Shown: piece by piece, positions 21,322-33,233 of the stretch
How the letters are laid out: the number at the start of each line of letters is the position of its first letter
How positions within the stretch are numbered: the first letter of the stretch is position 1
Assembly (NCBI GenBank): GCA_029953675.1
Contig: JAMWBK010000002.1
Span: 124,001-188,000 of the forward strand
Source of the DNA: Rhodosorus marinus CCMP1338
Taxonomy: Eukaryota > Plantae > Rhodophyta
Direction: 5' to 3'
DNA length: 64,000 nt
Notes under the pieces: generated by a model
Seen by the model: only the letters and a program-made list of their open reading frames with translations
Databases searched by the model: none
Told to the model about the DNA's origin: nothing
Position numbers and translations under genes: made by a program

Positions 21322-23929
21322 CCATGTAAGGAGACCCCTCACCGGGTTTGGAAACTAGATTATGAGGGAAAAATACTCATCGGAGACAAATCGAGTTCCT
21401 GCGCGTTGACGGCTAACTGGGCTTCACTGCGCGATAGCTCACTATTGATTCCTGCTCTCACCGAGCCCGAAGCTTCATTTAAATTATTCCCTACACTGGT
21501 GGTGGCTCGCTGAATTTTTCTATGCAAGATATTCACAACTTGCAAATCAACGCACGACGTTTGCGAACCAAACGCAGTAGCAGCGCATCTACGGAGCTCT
21601 ACAGACACGGAGGCTAGGACGGGGCACCACAACCCAGACTAACGTAACCCCATGAACATGTGTAGATTTGAAATTTTCGTGTAGTTTTCCCATTGTCACT
21701 ACTCGGCTTCTACGTCGATACCTGCCGATCTGTAGGTTTCCGAAGGGCCACGAGCTGGGAACGGGCGTGACTCGATAAGCGATCGCTTTCAAGCTGCAAG
21801 TACGTAGTCTTTTGAGTTTGAACCATTTAATCCTCCAAACTACCATTCTGTTCAAGTAGTTTTTGGGCATGCGGGGGGAGTGCAAATAGATGAGGCACAT
21901 ATCCACGTGGAATTGTCGGCCGCCTCTGGGGCCACAACGAAATTTCTCACGTTTCAGTAGATTCGTACCGAAAATCTATTGAAACTCCTAAAACCTTGAG
22001 CTGCTGCCAGCAGATTTTCTTCAAATAAACGGAAGCGTATTTCCGGAACACATCTCCCACTGCAAGTAGCGCTTTTTTTTTTTCTAGACGATCTCTCAGA
22101 CCTTAGGAAGCCGAGCGAACCTCGGAAACTGCACATCATCGCTATTTAGCATAGAGTGGCTTTTGCTGACCACAACCCTTAATATATTGTGGTTGGGACG
22201 AACGCGGAAGAATTTCATAGGGAGAGGGCCGAGTACCTCGCTTTAGGGGTTCTTTTGCGCTACCATATTCATCTCGCTCAAACATCAACGTCAAAGATGC
22301 TTAACTAAGAAGATACTCAAGCGGAATTTCCCCTCTTTCCGAAAGAATTTCTTTTAGATCGAACCCGAGTTTCCGGACCGACAGAAAATACGCAGAGCTT
22401 GGCTCGAAATAGCTAGAGTCCTCAGAGAGATTGCTGATATTCTCAGATTCTTTCGGGAAAAAAACAAATATTCGGATTTTTGGGGAAGAACCAGCCCTTA
22501 AAGCTACCCTCTCCAGAGAACGTCCTTCCACCCGCTAGCTCAGTCCCACGTGTCGGGCTTCACGCAAACCGCTGGGGTGATTTTCTAAGCACCATGAGCA
22601 GTTTGGATTTCATCTATGCAAGCCTGACTCTTGGACGATACGAATGTTACACTGTTTTCGCCGAGCTTAAAAGTTTGAAACACTGCCAGGTATTCGGATA
22701 CGGAATTGCGTTTCAACAGAAGCGTTCGATCTACGGTACAGGTAGAGCCATTCATTCCTCGAAGCTAATTTAGTGGGGCCCTTCAGCTCCATGAGAGTTG
22801 ACAACGTTCCTGCGAATCAGCTCCATGAGTTGCCACCTTGCAAATGCGCTGGTACGCCGCAAGTCAAAAGCAAAGGTCTTCGAGTTGCGGAATGGAATCA
22901 AATAGGCGACAAGGACTCTCCGATTTTCTCCTCTCATAGCCGAACCCGGGACTGAGTTTTTCTCCGTCGATACCCTCCGCGAGTTGAAATTTTCCTCAAT
23001 GAAGCCTTCGATAGTACAGCTGCAATCGAAAGCAGTTCTCTGGAAGAACCGCAGACCTATCCTTCACCTTCAATCGCTCCAAATTTCGCGATAACGGGTT
23101 CCGACGGCGTGAATTTGTAGCATTCTGTCAGTCGGTGCGCTTTCTCGGTCGTAACCGTCAGAATTTGCATGTGCACCCGCACTAAAGGGTACACACAGAG
23201 CTGCGCTCCAGGGTCGAGTGTTTCGAATTCTTGTCGGAGGGGTCTCATCATTCGCGAACCCGCCCTTTCGAACCCTGAAAGCATCGGAAACTAGAGAAAG
23301 TAACCTTCGTGTGATTGACAAGACCAGCATTTTCTGCTACAGAAAAAATGAACCAATTCAAAATCTAGATTCACGTATATGAATGAAAACGCGCAGAGTT
23401 CATATTCCGAAACGTGTCCTCACGACATTTTCCGTGTCGCATTAACTCGGAGAGCGACGCGTTTTCCTCTACAAGATTGATTTGCGAACCCTCCTCCAAC
23501 ACACACGCGCCCAAAGATTTTCCAAAACAACCAACTGTAGAGCATTTTTTCTTTCAGGAGTACATGTTTCTCAATGTGTTTGGTTCTTGGAGTCAGCATA
23601 GACTCGAATGAATTCTGATTCAGTTTTCCGAGCGAGGGTTGAGAACTCTTACTCCCCCTGGGGAAACAGATTAGGGGCTTGATTCAGGATCCCTCATTAA
23701 GGAGTTTGGGTGGGGGCTTGGAGTTCTCTTACGCACGAAACAAGGGCAACACGGTGTGTGGTCGAGTATAAGCTAGGTCACTGAACATCTATTGCTTTTA
23801 TGCGTAAATATTTGATGAAAGCAGATACGATCACCAAACTGCCAGACCCCGCTGGGGGCGGTTACTCACCAGCTGTCACATCGGATGTCCTAGTGTGAGA
23901 GTTCTAGTTCCTTCCAGTGAAAAGAACTT

Positions 23930-24309
23930 CGAGTGAAAGAACGACGGTATGCTGAGAGTAAGGCCAGTCTGCCTTGCGCTGAGCGTCGTCCTCACAGATT
24001 TCAGCCTTTCGTTGTGGCAACCTTTGGCCACGTGGATAAGTCGGGTTTGGAGTGGTATTAAAACCACCAGGGGTTGCGGAAACGTTTTTCTGAGCGTCCT
24101 ATGGAATACTTGGAACTCTTACGCCGTTTCAGTGTCGCCGTGTGGCGATATTCTAGCAGTATGCTTGCCAAGGCGCGCCATCGGCGCCTGGGTTTGCATG
24201 TTTCTCTCCCGAGTTCTTAGTTAGTGTTACGCTGCAGTAGGCAGCTGCCCAATAAAGCTTACGGTTACAGTCCACGCCTTGCGTACCGCTTCAGGCTCTG
24301 CTAGTAAAA
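23930..24309 (+). mobile_element. 5'-truncated family B copy carrying a 44-bp C/D-type tip insertion at 24221-24264
   Basis: Matches 18915-19245. The empty site GAGTTCTTAG|TTACAGTCC is visible in that sister copy (~19195-19213). Confidence 0.85.
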
Positions 24310-25599
24310 ACTTTGCCCCTAGTCTCTTGTGCAACCAGTTCCTTCCGTATTTCGCAAGGCTATAATGAATTTTGAAAATAAATAGGCAACGGATACGAAT
24401 TTTACTTTTCAAAGGGCAGAACGAAGGGTGGGTCTCACCGTGGAGCCCGGGCGTGGACCGACCGAAGCGTCTCATAAGTTCCAGAATAAGTAATTTACCG
24501 AAAGTAAACTACTGAATCCGAGCTGAAGGTATTCATTCAACTGTTTTCATTGCGATAATTTGGCGAGGGAAAATGAAGGCCGTTTTCCAAGGCTTTGTCC
24601 ATTGTTCCCGTATGAATTTTCAGAGTATTGCATAGGCTGTTTGGATACGAACTACGTCTCATAATAAAAATATATATAATGAATGAATTTGGATATATTT
24701 GTTTATATAATGAAGGAGATGTTTTCATTGAATTTCTTGTTTTTGCCAAGTCCATCAAAAAACGTGGCAAAGAAGATGAACAACATGGCCTTGTGTATTG
24801 AAAAAGCTTGTAAAATGCTGTGCAACTGATTGCCCACATGACGGGGGTCAATGCCTAGTTTTAAACGCATTGTCGAAAGGTTGCTTTTCATTGCCATGCG
24901 CATAGGGCAAGTTCATAGAAGTATAGTTCGAACTGCGCCACCCAAGCACAAGTGCTTAAGACTACCCTGCCAAAACCATCGTCATAGGAGTTCTGGTTTT
25001 TTCTGCAGTTTTCAATGTTGGAGCACGTCTTGTGGGAGTTCTATCTTCTAGTTGAAGGTGTTGCTGAGCGTCTGTGCATAATATTGTGGATTTTCAATAA
25101 TTCAGGCTCTATTGCACTAGGCTCTAATAACCTTACGCCAAGCTCCGCACTAGTTGTGCAAGTTCTCCTTGCCCGGTTGCTGTCACGGAGTTGATGAAGT
25201 GTTTTCTAGGCAGCAGGTGCGATTACGTACCGAGGCGCTGTTGATAGATTACGCAGGTTGCTTTTTGTTGTGCCAAAAGATTATAAAGCCACGGAACCGT
25301 TATTTCCACGGCTACACGAGCTTCTGGTGGTTTACTAACTTCTGGGCTCAAGACAAGATTGGCTATGATTTGAACGCTCAGGGACTTGATTTCCTTTCGC
25401 TGGAAGCGTCTGATGCGTCGGTATGCTTTGTGGGAGTAAGGCGAGTATATTTGACTGTTGTCAATAGCTCATTAGCAAAACAAGTGCCTTTTCCTTGTTA
25501 CGTTCGCCACCTGCGGAGATTCGCTTCATAGGAGAAGTCTTAGATGTCCCCGTCGGATTGTTTCTCCGAAAATCGTAGGGGCTATTCTAAACCCCATTC

Positions 25600-26030
25600 C
25601 CAGCCCTGCACCTTATCTGCGAAACATGTCTACATACCACCGAACAACCTCGCAAATCCCTCGTTTCGTAGTAAACAAACTTTACGGGGCCCGATAGCGC
25701 AGTGGCTTCCGAGAAATTCGTTCAATGAAGGAAGTCCAATGTCGAAATTGAGTGAACAGTTTATACAAGAAATTCAAGAGACAAGCGATGCAGAGCATGC
25801 TCTTCGACGCAATTTCTTTAATCGTTCTCATCCGCAGTCATGAACCCTCCTGCCAATTTCTTTTCCATGCATTGTTTAAGCCATGGACTGCAAACGATGG
25901 GAAATACAGTAGTTGCGGAAATGATTCAAAAGTGTCTCGATACTCTGATTCCACACCAAAAATAAGAACCTGGAACCTAAAGAAAATGAAAATCGCCGTC
26001 GAGTAGAAACCTGCAAATTTGTTAAAATGC
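25600..26030 (-). pseudogene. Possible hAT transposase relic
   Basis: ESFPQLLYFPSFAVHGLNNAWK resembles the hAT FP..C.AH.LNL motif; little other support. Confidence 0.35.
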
Positions 26031-26070
26031 ACCTCAAAAAAAAGAAAAAAGCGTCCAGCCACGGGGACTC

Positions 26071-26351
26071 GAATCGAATGGTTTAATCTGAGGCTAAAAA
26101 AAACCCCGAGGGGAAAAAAGCCCAAGTGCGGCGAAGAACTCGCGCCTCCAACATCAAAGCGGCATTCATGCGACTGAGGTCATGTTTTAAAACCATTTGT
26201 TTTTCCCATAATGTGAGCCGGAAAGCCGCATTTAGGCTGGCCGAAGGACTCGCCCTACTCCCATGCACGAAAAATTTATTGCTCAAAATTAGTCAGTCGG
26301 CATCGGCATAGAAAGACAAGAATCACGCAAAGAAGAACAGTAGAGCAGGGA
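26071..26351 (-). mobile_element. 5'-truncated CRE-like 3' fragment (family G tail) with ~13-bp TSD
   Basis: LRLTLWE..MNAALMLEARVLRR..FFP and tail GATTAAACCATTCG, matching 51699-51915. Flanked by AGCCACGGGGACT (~26058-26070) and AGCCACGGGGGACT (~26352-26365). Confidence 0.75.
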
Positions 26352-26939
26352 AGCCACGGGGGACTGCTCTCGACTACTTGTCACAACACAACCCTCGAAG
26401 TCTACCCATCTTCAAACAGCGAACTGAGTGGATGCTTCAGATGTCCAATCATATTTATCTGAGACCAAATAACGTCGAGGCAGAGTCAAAGAAGTTAGGC
26501 ACATTCCCGCAACTCTTGTCGAACTGTACAACTGCCATTTTGGTGCAAGCTACGACACATTTCAAACCACAACACCGATGACTGCAATAAAGCCAATCAT
26601 TGATTTCCAGTATGAGATCTTGAGTGGAACCGACGGATATTTCGAACCTTGGTTTCTTTCTGACACTGTCGAATATTCGGAATCGGTGAGCGAAATTTCG
26701 TCTTTGCACCTGTCAACGCCAGTCAGGGCAATCATAGCACTGTCCCGACTCAAGGAAGAAATCTGGGTCCGCTCGCCAAGAACGGTAGATGATAACGTGT
26801 TCCTCGGAGATGCAGGAACTTCACTCTTCGATAAGTCTAGACCATAAACGGATGTTGGGTAGTGGACAAAGATTGAAATCTAGGCCCCTCACTCTGATCT
26901 CACTGACCGTGGAATGAATGGTCAGACCAGTTAAGGAAG

Positions 26940-26950
26940 CCTATATAATG
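26940..26950 (+). promoter_or_regulatory. TATA-box-like motif upstream of secreted protein gene
   Basis: CCTATATAAT ~135 bp before the ATG at 27080. Similar TATATAAAT motifs precede the paralogues (~58945, ~61895). Confidence 0.45.
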
Positions 26951-27079
26951 AGCGGAGTTCATGATCAACTTGCCTACATCAACAGCCGCTAACAGTGTCG
27001 ACGAGGAAGGCAGATTATATTCTACTTACACGCGGAGTTGGGCCTGAGGGACAGAATCATCAAGCTCGACAACAACACC

Positions 27080-28297
27080 ATGAGGACGACTGCGGCATTC
27101 ATCATTGCCACCTTGGCCATCCTGGGCACGGCAAGTGCTCAGCAAGAGAATTTGCACGATACGACATCCGCGCGAACAGGAACGTTCCGCAAGCCTGCCA
27201 AATGTCAGAGCTATGCGGACGAATATGACGTAGTAGCTGTCCATGACTACGAAAACACGAAGTGCTACGAGCTGCTCGACACTGGAAAATATGCCAAAAT
27301 TGGACTGGTTTGCCTCACAATTGAGGAGTACGAGGGAAAGAAGTGCATCAAGTTCGTTTTCAAAGCCGTCGATGGCTACAAGTTCACGAAGATTTATGCG
27401 GGCGCCGATGCGAACTGCGCCATCCCGAAGAACGATCCTTTCCAGGTCAAAAAGACTGGACACTTTTATGAGGAGAGCGTCTATGTTTGTCTGGATGAGT
27501 TCCATGCGTTCCCAGGGGAAAACAAATCTGGATGTTGCAATTCCGACATTTGCACCTTTGTCAAGGTCGTGGCCCAGAAGCAGATTTGCAACCACTATGG
27601 ACTATGCTATTGGGAATCGAAGAACTATTGGGGCTTCCCGCACGCGGAAGGGGGTTGCACTCGCGGTCCACATGACTGGTATACAAGTTGCAGCGTGCCA
27701 CTACTCTGCAAGGATCTCCCGCCGCCACCCCCAGAGGAGCAGCCGTGCGCGTCCTATGTCGACAAATACCACAAGTACGCAATAGGCAACTACAGGAACA
27801 AGAAATGCTACGCGCTCACTATCGAGGGCAAGAGCGAAAAGGTTGGAATTTTGTGCGTCAGCACAAGAGAGCGACGAGGCAGGAAGTGCATCAGGTTCTA
27901 CTTCCTGGCACTGCCGGGTTACTCGGTTTCCGCTGTCCAGGCTGGCGCATCTGACAACTGTGATACAGCAACTGGTGCTAGGTACCAAAGTGGGAGGAGG
28001 GTCAGGGGCAACGGACAGAAGGACATCGTTCTCTATGTCTGTCTGGCTTCATTTGACTCGCCCCCTGGACCGAAGCACGAAGGCTGCTGCAACAGAGACA
28101 TATGTATGTTTGCGAGGGCTGCTTTCTTGAAGAAGGTCAGTAGCCCATATTATGGTTATGGTCACAAGCCTGCTCCCATCACCAAGAAATTCATTGTGTA
28201 CCCCAAAATCAATGACAGAGGATGCTCATACTACGAGCACGCACCTGACGTGCGCTGCAGCATTCCGCTATTCTGCAGATTCCCAATCTACCACTGA
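27080..28297 (+). CDS. Secreted protein with two copies of an uncharacterised Cys-rich domain
   Basis: Intronless ORF. Signal-peptide-like MRTTAAFIIATLAILGTASA, then two repeats (CY.L..G.+C..C++F.F.A..AGA..NC..VCL..F..GCCN.DIC.F) joined by PPPPP. Confidence 0.85.
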   Translation: MRTTAAFIIATLAILGTASAQQENLHDTTSARTGTFRKPAKCQSYADEYDVVAVHDYENTKCYELLDTGKYAKIGLVCLTIEEYEGKKCIKFVFKAVDGYKFTKIYAGADANCAIPKNDPFQVKKTGHFYEESVYVCLDEFHAFPGENKSGCCNSDICTFVKVVAQKQICNHYGLCYWESKNYWGFPHAEGGCTRGPHDWYTSCSVPLLCKDLPPPPPEEQPCASYVDKYHKYAIGNYRNKKCYALTIEGKSEKVGILCVSTRERRGRKCIRFYFLALPGYSVSAVQAGASDNCDTATGARYQSGRRVRGNGQKDIVLYVCLASFDSPPGPKHEGCCNRDICMFARAAFLKKVSSPYYGYGHKPAPITKKFIVYPKINDRGCSYYEHAPDVRCSIPLFCRFPIYH

Positions 28298-28644
28298 TAG
28301 GTTTAGACAACCAGAGCAAAACTAGATTTTAAAAGGCTGCGAGAGGGCTTTCTGAGCTTAGCGACGATAAGTAGTGTTTAACATCTTGTCTCTCCCGTAC
28401 GTCACAACTCGTCAGTAAAAAGATACCTTTTCCCTCCAACAACACTGCTCAGGGCTAGAAGGTACCAGGCGGGAGTATGAAGCCGAAACCCCCCGAAGAA
28501 AATTGGAGCGGCGTCCATTGGATCGCCGTCCAATGGTTATAGTCGTCCGGTCCTGTCAGCTTCGGACATCTCGGGAAACACCCTACCCAGTCCATACTCT
28601 CTAGGTTGTAGTTACGCACGGTATTTCAATCCGCAACTGAGGCT

Positions 28645-29325
28645 CACAACCGTGAACGCTTTACTAAAGGACTCTGTGTTGGAGCCCGTCGGGAGGAAAT
28701 AAGGAGTCTATCTATGCGTCAAAAAAACCCTAATGGGTTGTGTGGCTACGTTCTACTACAGGGATGATCTCATAGTTCCCTTCGTCAGTTCGGCGCGCCT
28801 GCGTCGCATAGTGCATTCCCTTTCCATAAGGACCGTTTGAGTGTCGCCCGTGCTTCGCTGACTTGTGTCGATGGGTGCTGCAATGCGCAATCAACTCTTT
28901 CAAGAATTCATCAGCTGGCTTACCCATCCTACCGAACGTCTTCACGCGGAAGGGCACGAAAGTGTCGTCATTGTGAGCTCCAATCGCACCCAGATAGTAT
29001 TTGGACTCTTTAAACTTCTCGGCCTTGTATGCAGTACCCTGTCTCCCAGGACGCTTTGTGTAGGTAGGTCTTTTGCAGCGGCGAGGTCACTTTCACGTCG
29101 ATCACTTTCAGCTTACCGGTCCGAGGATGGCGTGCCAAAATGTCCGGTCGAAGGTGGCTGACTGGGTAGTGCCCGCTCAGTTGCAGCGTCACCTCAAGTC
29201 TCCATTGTCTCAGTTATGTAGCAAGAGCGTCCCGGACTATGTTGTGTCGCAGGGTCCAGCTCCCTGTAGAGCTGGTGCAGTGGTACAGTCGTTGAATACC
29301 TGTCGAGTCATGGCGTTGTGAACAT
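28645..29325 (-). mobile_element. 5'-truncated family E copy (CCHC end, RHN, RLE, 3' UTR)
   Basis: YHC..LRHNIVRDAL, RPDILARHPRTGKL.VIDVKVTSP, KTFGRMGK. The 3' hairpin and AGTAAAG match 950-986. Confidence 0.85.
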
Positions 29326-29488
29326 ATTTTACATGTACCAAGGTTTCGTACGCCCGGCAGCGGCAATCCCAGCAGTTGTCCCCCTGACCCCGCGCCAAGG
29401 TCACCACAAATCTTCTCTCAAGAGGAATAAAGCCCGTTCCTTTTATTTCGTCTATGTTTAGAACATCCTAGACAGCAGGGGTTCAATC

Positions 29489-29934
29489 TGTTAACAAAAC
29501 CAGGTGTTTGAGTATTGTTGATCCACTTCCTCATCCATTTATTCAAACAAACCACTCTTGATGGATCGCAATATACGGCTCTACCTCTGAGATGCTTGGA
29601 CTTAGGGAAACGTTCATTCGGATGAAAGCGTTCAAAACCTTAATCCTATGTAGCCTTGATCCGAAACACTCAGGTAGCTGACAAACTACGAACAAATGCT
29701 GGCGATACTACTACAATGGCTCTGTGTTCATAAACCCTGTTCGTCACCAAATCCGGCTGAGCACGGAACCCCCCTTTAAGTTCAGTCAATATAAGGGTGC
29801 TGATTGGTTACCAGTCTTTTCGATTGTGTGTCCCAAGGCTGAACTTATACCAAACCCTTCGGCACACAGATGGTATTTACGTGGAGTTGCAGGGGGGCAT
29901 TCGATAGGTGCAGATCAGCCTGAGTCTGGGAACA
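29489..29934 (+). mobile_element. Solo LTR (family 2)
   Basis: Starts TGTTAAC, ends AACA, flanked by CAATC/AAATC. Homologous to 44411-44898 (-) and ~49812-50270 (+). Confidence 0.7.
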
Positions 29935-30974
29935 AAATCTGTTCCCCATCTAGTCTTGGTCTGGCGTGCCTTTCTGCCTAGTTACCCTACTAAGGAATAG
30001 TATTGAACGGATTCGTTTAATGAGAGGCTGGGGTCTGCGGTGTTCTCCAGAGTGCTGGATGGGCCGGCGGAGAGACATACTGTCTCTCCGCTTCCGTCGC
30101 GTCTATCGGGTTGTCGATTACATCCCTAAGGCCTTTGACGGTCAGGTAGCACTCTACCTGGTGTCTCCAATTCCGGAAGGATCGGAACGGTGAACACTGA
30201 CGGTAGCGCGAAATCCTTCAGACGCGCGTCATGTTCTACAACATTCCCCCTCGTCCTCGCCGCCATCCTAAGGCAACACCACGCACAATCCCTATTACCC
30301 GTAAAAACGGGTAGTTCTTACAAAATCGCACCAAGCGATGAGACCCTGTTAGAATTTTGAGGATTCCTCTCCTTGACCTCAGTTTCATCATGTTCAACAT
30401 CCTTTTTCTCCGGCTGAGCAAATACCAAAGCGTATCCTAAATCTAATCAGTTTGACTTCTAGAAGAACCAATTGACAGACAGGCTGTCTCCTGGTGCCTT
30501 TAATCTGTCACGTCCTGACAGAACAGGTTAAGAGTAGGGCCAGGCGGCTAGCAGTTGGCTAAACCTGGTCCGGACAAATTGGGCAACGCATCCAATAGGG
30601 GAAGCTAAAATAGATACAATAATGAGGCTTATCATGAAATCCTAGCCTATAAATACGGAAGTTAGGTACCTCACCCCGGGCTCTGGAGTTAGGAAGAGAT
30701 AGGAAGAGTTAGGAAAAAGACGTTAAATCTGAGACAAAAGTAAGAGCCGAATTACGAAGAAATTGACTCCAGGACAAACGTCATCTGAGGACGTTTCATA
30801 ATCGAGTCGGAAAATTATTGTTTTACGTAAGCAGGGGGTGTTTACAAACAAACGGCAAATGAATTCTGCTCTTCTGTACGGAATCACCGCTCACGGGCAG
30901 CGATTGGGGCATAATTTAGACCACGAGCCCAGAGGCCGAATCTCAATCAATATTTCCGTATTTTGTCGTTGATC

Positions 30975-31273
30975 GGCCATATGCTCATCGAGTGCCTGAC
31001 TGCTGAGACTGGGAGGGCTGGAAACCTGCGGACTTCTTCCTTAACCCAACCTCTGTTCTTGGAGGTTCTGGAGGGGTGGGGGTAGACGTTGGTGTCAGCA
31101 TTGGCGCGACGCAGGGCGCCGCACAGTACACGTCCCAGGCCACAAGTTCCAGACTAAGGAACAAAATGGACGAGCTCATTGTGGGTCACTTGATTGTCTA
31201 CAACATCGCGTTTAGATCCGTCCAGGGTGGCAAGTTCCAACGGTACACTAACACCGGCTTGCGTATGTTTTAG
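30975..31273 (+). pseudogene. Possible hAT transposase N-terminal relic
   Basis: MDELIVGHLIVYNIAFRSVQGGKFQRY resembles the hAT post-BED motif (I..NLPF..VE..F); HMLIEC lies upstream. Confidence 0.35.
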
Positions 31274-31599
31274 TTTTCCTCCAGCTATTAAAAGCGCTTG
31301 CTAATCGCAGAGTTTCGTTTCACAATTTCATGTCCAAGTTCGTACAACAGTAGCAGGAAGACAGTGGAACTCGTTCCTGATCGACTCTGGGAAAACTAAA
31401 AGCAAGAAGTGGAGCAGTCCCTTAAGCAGGCTGAGTTGCTGCACTCCTCACGGATTCATTTACAACCCCGGGAGGACTGCACCTGAACAACAACTTTCCG
31501 GTGGACCCCAGAGGTTCAACATAATTTTTGACCGGCAACTAGGGTTATCATGGCTAAACGGGGCTGAACTATCGGACAGCATGGCATCGCAAAGTCGGA

Positions 31600-32250
31600 A
31601 GGTAAGAAAGTGCACGGAGATTATCGTACGATTCCTGGGGCGGTGCGATCTGTACTCCCGCCGCCATTCCCTCGTGACTTCAGGATATGTGTCGCCTGCT
31701 GGGATTCACTCTATTCCGTGTCCCCGTGGGGACACCGAGCTTTACTAAGAACGCCTTACGGGACCTGTTGGCGAAACACGACCACCTCCCCACCGAGCTG
31801 TACGGATGAGTACCTACAGACGGCGCTTTTACTCTGCCGCCTTAACGCTAGCGGCTAACCTACTTCATGCGCAAGCTGTCTCCAGATTGGGGGTCGTGGC
31901 TGGCCCTTCGCGCGGATGTTCGCGCGAGAGAGGTCTTGAGGTCGTTGCCAGATGTTGAGCTTCCAGCTGTAGAGAAGGAGGACCGCGAATTACTCACCGT
32001 CAGCTCCTTTTGCCTGTGCGGTTGGGAGGGTTGGCCGTTGCGGGCTATCCGAAGATTCAACCCGCGAACGTGGTCAGTTCGTCGGCAAGCGCTTTGACTA
32101 CTTTGGCTCCAGCGGGTGAAGTCGGCGTACTGAGTTTAATACGAGGTCTTCGTGAGGGGTGCCTACCTGAGACTTTCTCCTCGCAACTGAGTGACGTTTG
32201 CAGGAGCAGACGACAGCCGGTCGGTACCCCGATATAGCTCCTGGGATGAG
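31600..32250 (+). pseudogene. Degenerate CRE ORF2 fragment (post-RT region, family A-like)
   Basis: YLQTALLLCR, WGSWLALRADVRAREVL and LPVRLGGLAV match 1319-2425. Confidence 0.75.
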
Positions 32251-33233
32251 GTTCTCGCCCGTTTGGGATCCCGGCTATCCTAGGCTCTCGGGCTGCGGCG
32301 ACTTTGGACAAGGTCGAGATGGTTGCGGGTCCGTGCTGCTGAAATCGACACTATTGTTGACACTTCCGAGTGGAGCTTTGCACTAAAATGTGGTTTTTGA
32401 TATTTCGAGGAGTGTGATAGGATCTCCAATCCACTAAATCATCCTACAGTACTTTCCCGGCCGTTTCCTTACACTATGTGCATGCCGTAATTCAAAAACG
32501 AGAATCCGCGAGTTGGCGAGGGCAAGGTTATCGAATCCTCAACTCCAATAGGCCAACCTGTCCGGACCAGGGAGGGTGCCTATTTGAGCTTTTCTTCTGC
32601 CAACCGGATAATCTAAGAGCAGCACGATAATCACCAACGCAGGCAGATAAGCGGCAGGCATAGGCGAATAACCGAAGAGTTTCACATAAGACCACCTCTT
32701 CTTCGGACGACGAATGGTTGTCCACGAAAACCAAAGCAATGATCCCGAGCCCTCATTGCCATCTATTCCTCGTCTGTGAACAACTTTTCACCCCGCCGTC
32801 TCTCCGACGTTCCCTACTAATTGCATGAGATGAGTGCTATGCTGACTATTTGGAGCTTTATTGTGAATAATTGCAGAGGAAGAGAAAGGTAGCCGGTTGA
32901 TAAGCGCTTCTCTAGTATCTACCCACAGCCTCTCCTGCGCCCCTGCTAGAGTCCGAGCTGGTGAGTAACCGTGGTAGTTCTCATAATTTAGAACCTTTTA
33001 CAGACTAACTTTGGCAACAAAGGGTATCTAACAGTTCAATATTTTAGACCAAAAACAGCTCCACGTGCATTTGGGTTACACTATGTCTAGATTATGAGCA
33101 CCGATATCCCAAAGGCTGGTTTGGCAGGTACCACTATCGGCACGCTAGGTGGGGATATAGTTGGCGGACAGGGTCCAGAGGGCTTCGGCAATGACTGGCA
33201 AAGGCGGTTAGAGTAAAACTTAGTCTAGAGTTT

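Noticed and set aside
21950-23600. Possible decayed transposase (LKEILSERG-like word near 22340)
   Set aside because: A single short word with no supporting DDE motifs; left unannotated.
26040-26085. Minus-strand TTCGAGTCCCCGTGGCTGGA + T-run resembling a tRNA-Tyr 3' half with terminator
   Set aside because: No 5' half was found. AGTCCCCGTGGCT recurs at ~26352-26365 and is better explained as the TSD of the family G fragment.
30500-30735. Possible solo LTR (TGTCACG...TGAGACA with CTATAAATA)
   Set aside because: Weak terminal match, no TSD and no second copy in the window.
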